Positions 1 through 13,467 of a stretch of 64,000 nucleotides of DNA are shown here, piece after piece (position 1 is the first letter of the stretch; each line of letters opens with the position of its first letter). Both the position numbers and the translations under genes were made by a program. Source of the DNA: Tubiluchus corallicola (taxonomy: Eukaryota; Animalia; Priapulida); assembly GCA_030141605.1 (NCBI GenBank), contig JAQGDQ010000082.1, positions 558,001-622,000 on the forward strand, read 5' to 3'. Under the pieces are notes generated by a model, which worked only from the letters and a program-made list of their open reading frames with translations, was not told where the DNA came from and ran no database searches.

Positions 1-701
1 CCGCATACACATGTCATGTTTAGAATATTCTTTCTTATTTCTCCATGTTTTTCCTTTGATATTTATTTTTTTGTCAGGTTTTTATAATTTCGATTTACTC
101 ATGACTTGACATTGCTTCATTTTTTTGCTTGTTATGTTGGGTTAAGTTCTTTACTTATATGTAATTATTAGTTTCGTTTTTGATGAGTTTAAATTTTCCG
201 TTTTGTTTGCTAATTTAAATTTTGCCTCTTCTCATAGCCAAACTTATTTACTGTTTCTAAATTCAAACTCATTTTAACTTGTTGCCTCATTTATTTTAAT
301 TTTATTAAGTTGCTGATTATTTTCATTTGTACATACCTTACATGACAGGTCACTTAATTTTCTTCAGTTTGGATAGGAGTGGTTTACTTGGTGACCCTTG
401 GTCTTTTCGCCACCCCGTCTCTTTTCCGTCTTTATTTTAGTTTTTACCTTTTGTTTAGGTTTATTTTGTAACATTCACATGATTCAGAGACAAATAAATT
501 TTTTACTTACTTACTTTTTGACTGTAATACTTGTTTGTATTACTTTTTGCCGACAATTTATAAAGCACGCATGTTTCTGCTCTTGGTTTCCATGTTTAGT
601 TTTTTATTTTGAGCTCGTGCATGATAAACTAGTTGCATGATAGCACCAGCAGCACGAACCATTTTGAAATGAAATCAACAAAAATGCGCTAATATACCCA
701 C

Positions 702-869
702 ATATTTTGCTTTCGACCAGAGCATATTCAATTTATTCATCCGAAATGGATGTTCGGGTAAAGAATCCTTTGGCACATTCTTCTCAGCCGTGTATTTGTT
801 TTCAAAAGAATAGGTAAAAAACCAAAAACATTGCAAATATATAAAAACTCTCAATAGGGACGCCGCCAT
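702..869 (-). CDS. LRPAP1: Alpha-2-macroglobulin receptor-associated protein (RAP), first coding exon; the rest lies beyond the window start
   Basis: ATG at 869 gives MAASLLRVFIYLQCFWFFTYSF (signal-peptide-like), then NKYTAEKN...PFRMNKLNMLWSKAK, matching the RAP N-terminal motif (NKYS..N...FRM.KLN.LW.KA). A phase-0 GT donor (gtgggt) follows 702. Confidence 0.85.
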
Positions 870-1210
870 ATTTGGAAAGCGCCACGTAGCGCATAGCATT
901 AAACTCGTATTTTTCCGTGTTTTCATTTAATTACATAAAGTATACATTTGCAAATCTTGGCAAGTAATATATTATTCGTTTCTAAATTTGCCATAAATTG
1001 TCTTACAGTTGTATCTAAAGTTATTAATTTTAAAATTCGAGTTAAATTTTAAAAAAATCTGAAAAACGCAGCTTCGGAAAAGTTCGGTATTTGCCTCGTG
1101 ACAAAGTTATGGTGCTATTTGTAAACAACATTTTGCTGTACTTTTGCATCTGCGAAGGCGATTGTTGATTTTCAAAATTTTTGTCCGAGAAGTTATTTTC
1201 AGCCAGCAAA
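870..1210. promoter_or_regulatory. Probable bidirectional promoter and 5' UTRs shared by LRPAP1 and 4E-BP
   Basis: Only 341 bp separate the two divergent start codons (869 on -, 1211 on +). Confidence 0.6.
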
Positions 1211-4200
1211 ATGTCAGGTCGTACTGTTTCGTGTGCAATCCCTTCTCGAAGGGTCCACATCAACGATCCTTCACAATTGCCTCACGAATATTCAGCCACC
1301 CCTGGAGGAACTTTATTTTCTACAACACCTGGTGGTAAGAAATTAGTTAATGTATAATAGTCGCCTTCCTTTGCTCTCCTACACTTTACAGTGCCTTTTA
1401 CATGTCTCGAAGATGTTTTACCTTCATACAGTTTAGGCGTGCTAGCACTATGGCAGGGGACATACTGCTTTAAACAAGTTCTTGAGTCTGAACTTGCAAA
1501 ATTATCATCAAATTTGTTCCAATAAGGAACAACTTTGTTAGCAAAGAAATGCTCTCGTATATTTGTCCTGACAGACGGAACACACAGATTGTGCTCAAGA
1601 CCTCAAGTTCTATGAGTGACAGAAAAATGAATTTCGATCGATGTGCCAGTAGTTATTCATTAGTTCATATACTTTTTTCACTAAACCTAATGATGCCCAG
1701 TGTTGTTGCAAAGTAGAAATGTTGGCAATACCTTGACTGTTACAGAGATAGCCTTTAAACAACATCATCACAGTTCCTAATGAACTTGCAGTGTTGATAT
1801 CTGTTTACACTATCTACAATGTGAGCTGGATCCGAGTCTACTGACATAAGTGTAAGGACATGACTACCAGGTGGTCACTTTTTGGTTACTCGATCGTTAC
1901 AACATTTATTTAGTGAGCCAACCAAGTTCTGTACTTGGGTGCCACAGCATTCAGCCAAGATACCTCTTGCAGCAAGTCTTAGTACTTGACTCTCAGCTTG
2001 CTTAATTGTGTTTGCCTGCCATTGACTCTCTAAAGTTGAGTGATCCCGCTGTATAAAAACGTCATGCATCCAACTTGTAACTGGTTCTTTGTGAAGCAAC
2101 GCTTTAACATTGAAAACATGGCACGATGCTTTAACATCATTGAATTTGATTAGCAAAAGGCGATTTCTTCCTTCCTTAAATGCTCCAAGTCTTGTTACAG
2201 GAGCCGATGTTGAGTCTTTATTGAGAATCTCCACTATTCTACCAACTTTAGCTCTTTCATTGTCATGGCGTTCTCTCCTATCAAGTGAACTCAATGGTTT
2301 GGGCACATTTTTAAAAATCAAGTTATACTTATGGCAATCGAGGTCATTGGGCTCTTTGATAACCAAGTTCATTTTTTTGTTAATTTCGTATAAATCCTTT
2401 TGAATTTTAACAATAGTCTGTGATTGAGAAAAATTCGTTTGTAACATTTCCAAATTATCGACATCAGCATGCAACCTATTGACCAATTTTTTTCAGCTTT
2501 TATAGTTAGTTTGGCTTCAATGTTAGCAAGCTAGTCTTTAATTTCTTTTGAAATTCTTCGAGTTTATGTTCAATGGTAATGCCATTAAGTACACCAGCTT
2601 TTGCTTTCTGCTCACAATCACTGCTATAAAAAGCAAGTTCACTTAATCTGGGACTGTCAACCAACAATTTGTATTCAATCTTAGACAGTTTCGCACAGTC
2701 TAAGGAAATCCACTTCTCACATCGCTCACAATTCATAGCCTCATACTCTACTGACCATACGGAACACATCTGATACAGAGAAACTTCTTCAGACCCACTA
2801 GATTTAGTGTCCACTAGGGTACCAGACTGCTTAATTACCTGCTTAATGACTCATACTGGAGGAATACTCTTAGTACTACCGGCATTTAACATGATTGAGG
2901 AGTAAGTATAATAAATTGCAAAGCTCAGTCTCACTATTTTAATCTATGCAAATAATAGTAGTGTCTAATAGTGTAAAACCAATTAATGATGTAAAAAGGG
3001 CTAGGCGAGCACATCCAAACCACATGAAGTGAGTCCTCTCGTTGTTTGATCCAAACATGTCAGAACTTGAGATCATCAAAAAGAACTGGACACCATCAAA
3101 AAACAGCATAATACACATGCATCTAAATCTACATTAATCGCGGACGAGGTTAGAAAAACTCATAGTCGTAATGATCAAAAACATCATTTAGACGAAAACC
3201 TAATTCAAGATAGCAAAAATCTTGTCATTTTAAACAAATTCCACTAGTAACGCTCAAAAAAATAAAAATTTTCTCTGGAACTTTCCACATCTATCTGCCA
3301 TGAGAACAAGAGAGCATCCCATGTTTTAATACAAAAACACATGATAGGTTTAAGATTTTTTTATTATGATTTGATAGATTTAAGATTATTTTATTATCAT
3401 TCTGTATATGTTCGTTTTTTAATTTGTTACATTACTTTTTCTTCATTTTACACTTAAACAGTAGGATAGCTTAATGACACAGCTGACACATTTACCTGTC
3501 TTTTATCTATCTATGTACCTTTAACAGTAGGTATTTTGTTCAACACTGACTGGTGTTTTAAATATTGTTTATTGTTATTAGCAATGTTGTTTTTTACGAC
3601 AGTAAGTAGATTTTAGTACTGCTGCTACTGCCACCACTAATAACACATTTCTCTGAATCTCTTGCGTGTGCACCCACTTACTGTGTCTTCTCTGTTTTCC
3701 TATCCTAACTGACAATAGAGTTTAATTGTCCATTAACTACAAAGATGCCATTTTATAAGCTTGTTCATGTTTTTAACTTATATTAGGTATATGAATTAAG
3801 TCTCAGGTGTAAGAAAATTGAAGGCCTTGCACAAAACACTTTTTGGTACCTAAACATATTTGGTAATTAACTTCTGATTTAATTTTGGACTAATTCTTAA
3901 TATTTCTGCCACAGTTAACATCTTTGCAAATGTGTGACACATTGTGCAATATGCAAAAATCTAGCTGAGAGATCAGTTAAAGGTCGTCTTTAAGAAAATA
4001 CGCAGAAAAAAACTAAAACTGTGGCACGCTATAGTGCTGAGTCCTAGTGTACTAGTTTCTCCTGGTATAACACAGCAAGGTGCACAGACTTGCTTGAGTG
4101 AATAAATCTCCTGGGTGTTTTGTTCTATAATTATCTGGTGCTTGAAGTACACTCAAAGTAATACCTGGACCTCAATTCAACGACTGAGTACCACTCCTTG

Positions 4201-5774
4201 CACATTTGTGAGAATTGTACACATTTTCTTGTAATGTCTAAAGTAAGTTGCACAAACTAGTACAAACTAGATCTCTCTTTCTGTTGCATAGTCCCTATGC
4301 CAGACAACTTTGTCGTATAAAGCCTAAGTTGTTTTTATATGTATTACTGTAGAGCTCAGTTTAGGCACTTATGGATTTTGTTAACTGTAAGAGATGGTGA
4401 AATTACTGCACTCAGTTTTGAGATGCTGTTTGCTGATACAGGGGTTTTCAGAAGAACAAGTGTGGCAGAAATGTGCTAATAAGGATGTATTGGAATCTAC
4501 AAAAACCTGTTACTTATAAGGAAAAGTGGAGTTGTCCCAATATAATACTATTTTAACAATCACTTACTGTAACACTCAATTGTATTTCATCGTAATTTGA
4601 TCAATGCGTTTCTCCAGTATGTCAAGCATATTTTTACTGCACTGTTTCTTCTGTATTTGTGCTTTGCTTTGTCCTTTTCAATGTTTAGAAAACTGAGTGT
4701 GTAGTGCACTTCTTTATAATTGCAGGAACGAGAATAATCTATGAAAGGAACTTTCTGCTTCAAATGAGAAACTCGCCATTGACGAAAACGCCTCCTAAAA
4801 ATCTTCCCGTAATTCCGGGAGTTACTACCCAAGCAACCACCAAGAGAGCGGAAAATAAAACAATACCAGAACATGAAGAGGCTCCCAAGGCTCAAGAAGA
4901 CACACATAAACCGAAAGGTAACTAACATATTGTTAGCAGAGTTCTTATATTTAGACCAGTTTTTAAAACAAAGAAAATTTAGGACAAAAAAGTGTTTTAT
5001 TAATAAGCAAACCAAACTAGGTCTTTTGCAAAAATCAATATTCATTTTATCACTAAACTGTTCAGAAAGAGTAAAATCTGGCTTTAGAACTAAAATGCTT
5101 GTCACTATCAATTTTTCAGTTAACAATGTTGATTTGTTGCTGTCTGTTGATTATTATTATTATCATTATTATTATTATTATTAGCATATTATTTAGTAAT
5201 TTTATTATACTTCTATATACTAATTTTATTAAGTGAGGGTAAGTCATTTAAAAAGAAATGCTTTAAAAATAGCTGCATCTGCTGCAAATTTTGCACAAAT
5301 ATTATTTTGTATCACACATAAGCTGAATTTATAATTGTTGTAAGAAAGAGGAATTTGAATTTGATAAAAGTTCCAAAAGTTAAGAATTTTGTGCAATGAA
5401 ACATGTTCATCTGACAATTAGAAAGAAAAGGCTGCTGATTGATTATCAATGCAAGTCAGTCGCATTTGCCAATTAATTCCTAAAAACAGTAGCAGGAGCA
5501 ATTTGACAAGAAGGCTTTAGAAGCCATACCTTCTTTTTGAAATTGTTCAAGCATGATCAAGCATGACATCAACTTGTGCTGCATCAAAGGGCAATTTTTG
5601 TAGCATAAATAAAAATCTACTGTCTTAATGCAAGCATATGAAATTTGGTGTCATTTGGCTTTGTGAAACTTAATTTCTAAATTTGTTGCTAGATGACACT
5701 GCTAAACATTACTTGGTTTTGTTTTATACTTTGCAGTAGATGACGATGACCAGCAGTTTCAAATGGATATCTAA
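1211..5774 (+). CDS. EIF4EBP: Eukaryotic translation initiation factor 4E-binding protein (4E-BP), 3 exons
   Basis: Exons 1211-1334, 4726-4917 and 5737-5774 with GT-AG introns and consistent phases (1,1). Protein contains [27 protein letters not shown] (TP phosphosites and the YxxxxLphi eIF4E-binding motif), SPLTKTPP and a C-terminal TOS-like FQMDI. Confidence 0.95.
1400..2950 (-). mobile_element. Degraded, internally deleted CR1/L2-type LINE in 4E-BP intron 1
   Basis: ORF1 relics: PHD-like C..C.KW..LDC (2506-2814) and NLIFKNVP...RLG...RLLLIKF...VFIQRD (1875-2486). An ORF2 C-terminal relic, [16 protein letters not shown], lies at ~1500-1560. Boundaries approximate. Confidence 0.75.
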
Positions 5775-6989
5775 GCAGATTTGTGGTCCCACTTGAAATT
5801 CAGCTCTCTCTCTCTCTCAGACACCTAGTGGCATCTAGTGGGAAAAACCTTGAGTCATTGAGAAGTATCTTGTTCATATCTGGGACTTTGTAAATATACT
5901 AAATAAGATCATGTATATTATTTGAGAAATTAGACTGGTGGCTGTACGATACTATTTCATGATATTCTGTGTTGGTGAAACATATAGATATAGAAAACCA
6001 GTGCTTTAAGAATTACGTGTTTATTAAATCTTATTATAACTTTTTTCTAATGAGTTATAACATTTTGCGTATGTGTTTTAACTGTTAAAAACATTGTAAG
6101 TAGCCTTACATTTCATACAATTATTAAGCTATAACTATGTTATAAGTATGTCTAGAAAAAAATAAAAATATTATGTGTAGGACAGTGTGCTATACCATGT
6201 GCATTTTGCCCAGCATAGTAAAGTCAGTTTATGTTTTATATTTCTATTAATCAATTTCAAGCATTTAAGTATAATATATGTTTTTAATGGATACATTATC
6301 CATGCTAAGACTTGCATTACATTATCGGCCTATATGATTGCTGAGTTTGTTGGAAGATTTTGTAATGACATTGTCTTCTTTGTGATATTCATTGCAGTTT
6401 GGTTTTAGACTAGTATTATGTTGTCTTTGTTGGGCAAGCTCATGCCATTAAATAATTTAAATTTTTAATTCAGGCGATAGAGAATTTTCCAGAAATTGTA
6501 CTGTGCAAGCATTCACAATACATCACACATGAACAAATTAAAGAATTGTTATGATTTTGTTCTAGAATTTAAACTGCCAAATTTTAGCCAAGTGACTGAA
6601 TGATTCTATTCTAGTGCACACAAATTCAAGGTGACTCACAGAATGTGTTGTGTCAGCTTTAAAAGCACCTAGAGTGAAAAACTTGTACTTTAACTTTATA
6701 CCGTACCAAGTTTGTACCATGCAAGACTTTTCTAATCAGAAACATGAAGTCACATTCGAGTCGGTCAACAGGTAGACTCATGTTAGATAAGTTTTAAGAT
6801 TTGCACATTTTACTTTTCCCTGGCATATATCAACACTTGCTTGACATGCGAAGTGGGTTAAATAGAACAAGAGTTTGTCTAATTTCTAAGGTTTGCAAAA
6901 TTTGCCTAGAAAATTGTGATGATTTCTACTGCATAGAAAATCAAATGCCACATTTGAATACTGAGATGGGGCAGTAATCTCCAGAACAG

Positions 6990-7395
6990 AGCATAGTTTG
7001 GTATAGAAAGCAACCTGTAATTGTTGGGTCTGATTTTGGGTTAACTCTAATTATCTTTGCTTTCATGGAGGCTACTCTAGGACCACTCTTCACTGGTTTG
7101 TAGTATTCATTTTTCTGCTGTCCCTCAGTGGCTTACCCTGAACATTTATAAAGGTAGAACAGTTGTTTTTGAATTCAGTTTTTCCCTCGGTTTTCGTATC
7201 TGTGGAATTCTCTGCCAGAAAATTACTTTCCTGAAAATTACGACCTCATTCAATTCAAGAAGAATTGAATTAAACCTTCTATCACTAGCAAATTAATTAT
7301 ATGAAATCTATTTCTCTGGGCATGCACCACATCTTCAACTTTTTACACCAGCCCCTTACTTGCAGTTGCCTTTTTGGGCAATTTGTATAAAAAAA
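6990..7395 (+). mobile_element. 3' fragment of a non-LTR retrotransposon
   Basis: One frame at ~7177-7265 reads QFFPRFSYLWNSLPENYFPENYDLIQFKKN, typical of a LINE ORF2 C-terminus. An A-rich tail follows near 7388-7395. Confidence 0.5.
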
Positions 7396-8939
7396 TATAT
7401 ATGATAATTATCAGGTGTATAGTATCTACTGTATATAAAATGCTGCTAATACTCTTATTAAATTGTAAATTGCAAAATTTTTGCAAATTTTATTTTAATA
7501 GAAAGTGGTTTCGTTATCTGCCAAACAAACTTTCACTGTTAAGTAAAATTAAAGCAATTCTGCACATAGTACGCCCATTCACAGTTAATTCAAAAACACG
7601 GTGCTGTAAAGGCTTTGTACAGGCGTGCACCTTGGATGTCAAAGACCTAAACGCCTAAATGCTTCGTTGAGCTGATAGCATATAGGAACTAACAATACAG
7701 CTAATGTGGATAGTACATGTATATTGGACGATTTCTATGTGGTCTTGAATGTAGGCGTGCGTCGTACTATCATTTAATTGTGTTCCACGTCATCTGATGA
7801 TTGTTCATTTTAGTGTGCCAATGAATAATGCTACATACAGTTTAAAATATTAATACTATTTAGCAGGTGATCACATAATTTATTTAACGTATCATAGAAT
7901 TCACTCATACAATAGGCATAAATACCATCTATTCTATTTGCCAGACATCGTTGCGTGATTACTGCTTACATTGAATTTGGGTTCCAGGGCCCAGATTAAT
8001 TTACGCGTGGTAAATTTACGGGATGGTGTCGTACGACCGCTAAGACTGAACAGAATCGTATTCATGTAGCTGTCTTTGGGTGCACTTAAGTCCATCTCGC
8101 CAGTTGTCATAACTTCGCTGTTTGTTGGAATTCATAAAAGTGTCTTGAATATTCTCATTTGGGGAAAATGGATCTTATTTGCAGACAGCTGAATTAAAAT
8201 CTGAATATTCTTATATTGTTTGTCATAGATGTCACCGTCAATACGCTGGCTTGATTTTAAGCTGATTGCGCATCATTGTAGTAGTAGGCATATTCTGACA
8301 CTGGACGGGTAAGTATAACTTTACCTCACACCTTTGTTATTTGTTCGTTTTAGTACTATGTAATTTGTAGACCTAATAAGAAAAATGTGTTATTTAATTT
8401 AGGGATGAAGAAGAATTGCGAGTCAATAATAAGTTTTGGCTTACTGATAGTGGCACAAATATGTGGGCAGAGCTTTGGTAAAAATAAAATTTATGAACTA
8501 TAGCTGTGCCAAATGACAACTCTTTGTGTGAAAGCACAGGTTGCTATGATTTTTTCTTGATAAAATCCAGAAATCTATAATAAACTTCTACCAGCTTTGT
8601 TGATCGAGCTAGCGTTACGTTCAAATTTGAATTGTTTACAAAACACCATATGCACTGTTAAACGTTGGTTACATTGACTGAAAAGTTGAAGGTAATATTC
8701 AACATCATTCTTTTCCCACGACGTGCAAGAGTAGAAGGAGAAAAACCATAACAACACACTCAATACTATTTGTGTTTTTTACACAGTTCGGAACCCTGCA
8801 ACCGAAATTCAGCATTCAGCTGCAAGGCAAGTCCTACTCAATATTGGATGCTGATAACTTAACTCATTATCAGTGCGAAGCCTCTAAAATGAGGCAAAGG
8901 ACCAGCAGAAGTAAATTAGTTACCTTCGGACGTGTGTAC

Positions 8940-11900
8940 AACTTCCCTCTTCGAGTAAAATAATTAACGTGGCCAATGACTTAAAACTAGAATGCATAAA
9001 CTATGTTTGTTTAATGACCCAAATCGATGGTATAGGGTTAAGACTAATCAAAACAAAGATACAGTTACTCGTGGCTTTACACAAAGTCAATATAATTATA
9101 AACCAGCCAGTTACGCAAATGCATTTAAAAGATTACCATTATTACCAACTCTTGTAAATTATTCAAATGACTCTGATAAACCTTCAGCTGATACTAAGCC
9201 CATTCAAAAAGAGGCATTAAAATCAGAAATTGAAAATCTGTTTACCGGATTAGTAAAAGAATTCATTTCTAAGTTTGTATAAAATTGAAAAACTATTAAA
9301 CAGTTTATTAAAGACACGAATGAACTAAACTGTAAATAACTGTAATAAGCGTGATATATTATACATATATTTTAATCATGAATTTTAAACGAAAAATTTT
9401 AAGTTTTACTGAAAATAAACGAATATTGTGTAAAGAATGTACAAACTCAAGACAGATGTCTCCAGTGCCAATCTCTGGTACACTGAAACGTGTATGCACG
9501 TCTTGCTGCGTAATAATATCACAAAATTGGATCGAAAATAACTCGTGCGTAAATTTTTGCTATTCTGCTTCTATTTTACAGTTTTCATATGTGAGAAAGT
9601 GCACACTTTCAGATACTAGAGATTTATATTACAAGTTTCAGTACTCCCCTACTTTATTAAACTGGATTAAAAATAATTGTAACCATGATTATTTTCTAAC
9701 AGTATTAAAAATGTTGCTTATAATTGGTTGTACTGAAACTAATCCAGGTCCCTTAAACCAAACCCCCACGCAAAACCACATTGACCTAGAGCTGGCAGAT
9801 TTTATGCAAAAACATAAAAAGAATTTGAAATTTCTAGGTATCAATATACAAAGTCTGACAAAAAACATGCATTGCTTAAAGACACAGTTCGTTCATCTGA
9901 AAATTTAGTCGTTGGAATAACCGAAACTTGGCTACACAAGCAAATACCTAGTGCCTCCATACAACTGCCTCATCATACACTCATACGTCGAGACCGTCCC
10001 ACACATAAACGTGGGGGAGGGGTTGCAATATACATCCCAAAACACATGACATTTAACGAAGCCAAAGGAATTAAAACTAACAAAATAGAATCAATTTGGT
10101 GTAATATTGAAAACTACATTGTAGGTGTCATTTATAAGCCACCAAATCAAAAATATAAAGCTTTTCTAAAACATTTTGAAATTGAACTCGAACGTGCTGT
10201 GCTTGAAAATCAACCAGTTTTATTAATGGGGGATTTTAATATCGATATTAGTTCAACAAATACTGCTCAGTGCAAAAAGTATAAAGAAGTCTTGGACCAA
10301 TATAACACACAAATACTAAACGTAAGTAATAAACCCACAAGAATCACTAAAACATCATCTACTACCATAGACCACTTTATCTCAAACGCTAAAGACAATT
10401 TCCAAGTACAAGAAAACTTCTCGTGTGATTATTCTGATCATGATTTTATAATAATAGTAGACAAAAAAGAACCAACCAAAAACAATACAGGCACAGTCTG
10501 GAAATTATTTCAAGATACTTTAACCAAATTGGACTGGAGTAATATTTACACAATGACTGACATTGACATACAAATAAACACATTAATAAATAATATGGAA
10601 TACTGCCTGGATATCTATGCACCGTATAAAAAAGTTAAAATACATCAGCAGCAATCTAATGCAAAATCTGCTTGCCCTTGGACGGATACAGAACTCGCAA
10701 GACTAAGACACAATAAAAATGAATTATATAGAACATATTTACATTTAAAAGGTAAAAGCAATTACGATAATTACAAAAAGGCACGAAATAAATTTAATAA
10801 CTACAACAGGAAACTCAAAAATAAATATTATATTAATAAATGCAATGATGCAACTACACCTAAGCAAAAATGGCGATTAATTAATGACGTACTTAACAGA
10901 TACAGAAACGATCAATTACAAATAAACAGCTTACGAGAAAATGACAGTATGATATCTGATCCAGTTGACATTGCTAACAAATTAAATTCCACATTTATCA
11001 ATCTCGGAAAATTTGACAACTTGCCACGCCAACATAAGGCAAATATACACAATAAATACAAAAACCTATCAGTAACACAATCCACTTTCTCATTTACCAG
11101 CGTCACCGAATACGACATCTTTAGAATATTAAACAGTTTAAATATAAATAAAGGAAGTGGACCCTCAGACATGCCAATAAAAATCTTAAAAGGCTGTGCC
11201 AGCATCATTACTCCTCATCTAACATATATCACAAACCAAGTCTTAATGCGCTCAGAATTTCCAGCAGTGTGTAAACAAGCAAACATAACTCCAATACACA
11301 AGAAAGATGCTAACGATGACGCTAAAAACTACAGACCAATTTCAGTAGTGCATGTACTAGCCAAAGTATTTGAAAGAGTTATCTACAACCAAATAAATCA
11401 TTACATTGAAAATAATAAGTTACTGTCAAATCATCAATTCGGTTTTAGAAAACTACATTCTACAATAGACGCAATAATTGATGCCACTGAAAAGTGGCGT
11501 TACAACTTAAATAAAAACAAATATATAAACAGCAGCATTTTTAGATCTAAGTAAAGCTTTTGACAGCCTCGATCACAATTTACTACTAGACAACTTACGC
11601 CAACTAGGATTCGATTATACTTCTCTCAAACTAATTAATAATTACCTACACAATAGAAAACAAGGAGTCAAGCTGAACAAACACACTTTTTCAACATGGG
11701 ACACACCACAGAGAGGCATCCCGCAAGGTACGATATTAGGTCCTTTACTCTTTTGTTTATATGTTAATAAAATTCATTTAGTTTTACATAATTCAGACTT
11801 AACACAATATGCCGATGATACAACTATCTATACAGCACACGCAGACTTTCTAACATCAAAAAATAATCTAGAAGAAGACATAACAAATATAAATGCAGCA

Positions 11901-13048
11901 TTTAACTATTTTGGTTTAAAAATGAATGATGATAAGACAGAATTTATGGTAATATCACCCAAATCACATGACATTACTTCTTCTAATGCAACACTAAAAG
12001 TAGGTGACTGTTCCATAGAACAAGTAAAAAATGTAACATTTTTAGGCATTTGTCGATAATAAACTCACTTGGGATGAACAGTTTCAACAAATACACAACA
12101 AGATGGCATTAAGCACGGCATTCTTACGCCAAACCAGAGGCCATCTGACCAAGAAAACAAAAATTCTCATCTACAAAAGTCTAATATTACCACATTATCT
12201 GTATGGTTGCACTTTACTTCAAAACGTTAGGAATGAAAACTTTAGAAAACTAAATACAATGCAAAACTACGCACTTAGATTAATTCATGGCTATTCTAAT
12301 AAAACTGCTAAACAACATGCTGCATCTGCAACAAGCTTAAGAACGTCCACAAAAATACCAATATTAGAAGCCTATCGAGATTACAAAACACTGATATTTC
12401 TTTATAAATATATCAACAAACTGAGCATCCCATTTATAAACAATCCCTTAGCATTCATTCCTGATACCACTTTAAACAATAGAACACACAATTTAAAGCA
12501 AATTACAGTAAACAATAAATTTGGAACTAACTCCATATCAAAACAGGCCATACATTTATGGAACTTACTACGCAGTGAAATAAAACTAATAGAATCTCTC
12601 CACCACTTTAAAAAGAAATTTAAAAGAATATCAATATAACATGTTTCAACTTCCACATTGTGCATCTGGTACTAATTACACAGACTCAATTTTCATCTAC
12701 CCCCGCCCCTAACTCCATAAAACGATTAAAAATGTAAAATTAAAAAAAATTATGTAATGTAAAACATGTTTCCGTTAATTGTATCATGTTAAATGTATAT
12801 ATAGTGTAAAATATGTCTTGTAAAATTTAATGTTTTTTTTGTAATATTGTTTTGTAAAAATATTTTAATATTGTGTTTGTAAATATGCTCATTTATTGTA
12901 TATAATTAGGCCTTAGTTTTACACTTTAGTTTTTTTTAGTATGCACTGGACGCATTTGTCTTGAACAGTGTTGTTATTTTAACATTACGCTGAGGATTAC
13001 TCAATTTTATTATAATGAGTGAGCCATTTTAATGACAAATAAAGAATT

Positions 13049-13085
<37 letters not shown>
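8940..13085 (+). mobile_element. Near-full-length, frameshifted L2/CR1(Crack)-like LINE with a 2A-like peptide, APE and RT domains and a (TA)n tail
   Basis: APE motifs GINIQSL, GITETWL, RGGGVAIY, LMGDFN, IDHF and SDHD. RT motifs NYRPIS, QFGFR, FLDLSKAFD, GIPQGTILGP and YADD (11808-11819). Frameshifts near 9880, 11530 and 12055. AATAAA at ~13038, then (TA)n to 13085. The 5' boundary is uncertain. Confidence 0.92.
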
Positions 13086-13090
<5 letters not shown>

Positions 13091-13467
13091 CGCCCAGAGC
13101 GAGAATGGTTTAATCAAAATCCCACATACTGTTTGCTCCCGACGTGCGGGTTATAGCAGTTTTCTGCCAGGAATTTGAAAATCTATTAATCTTAATCTAA
13201 GTTAGCTTGTTATGTGTATCCAGAATATGCCTCCTCATATTTTATATATTTATTCTACGTCTTCTTGTTATTTTTAGAGAAGGCCATAATTACTGTGTAC
13301 TTCAATTTAAACCACCCACCACAGCTTACAGGAAACAGCAAGCAGCAAGAGCAAGTAAGACTATTGCCGGGAAGTATACATGGAATCGTGGAAACAACTT
13401 GCAAAGCTGCTGCAAAACAAAATATTTCAAGTTTAGTTAATTAATTATTAAAAATTTCTGACTTCAG

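Noticed and set aside
340-515. Possible LINE 3' UTR with AATAAA and a (TTAC)n tail in LRPAP1 intron 1
   Set aside because: No translatable LINE motif could be confirmed; too short to support.
4587-5184. Long ORFs overlapping 4E-BP exon 2
   Set aside because: Antisense or alternate-frame shadows running into an (ATT)n microsatellite; no domain features.
7930-8315. GC-richer block ending in a strong donor (GG|GTAAGT), a possible non-coding exon
   Set aside because: No convincing ORF or partner acceptor; cannot be assigned without transcripts.
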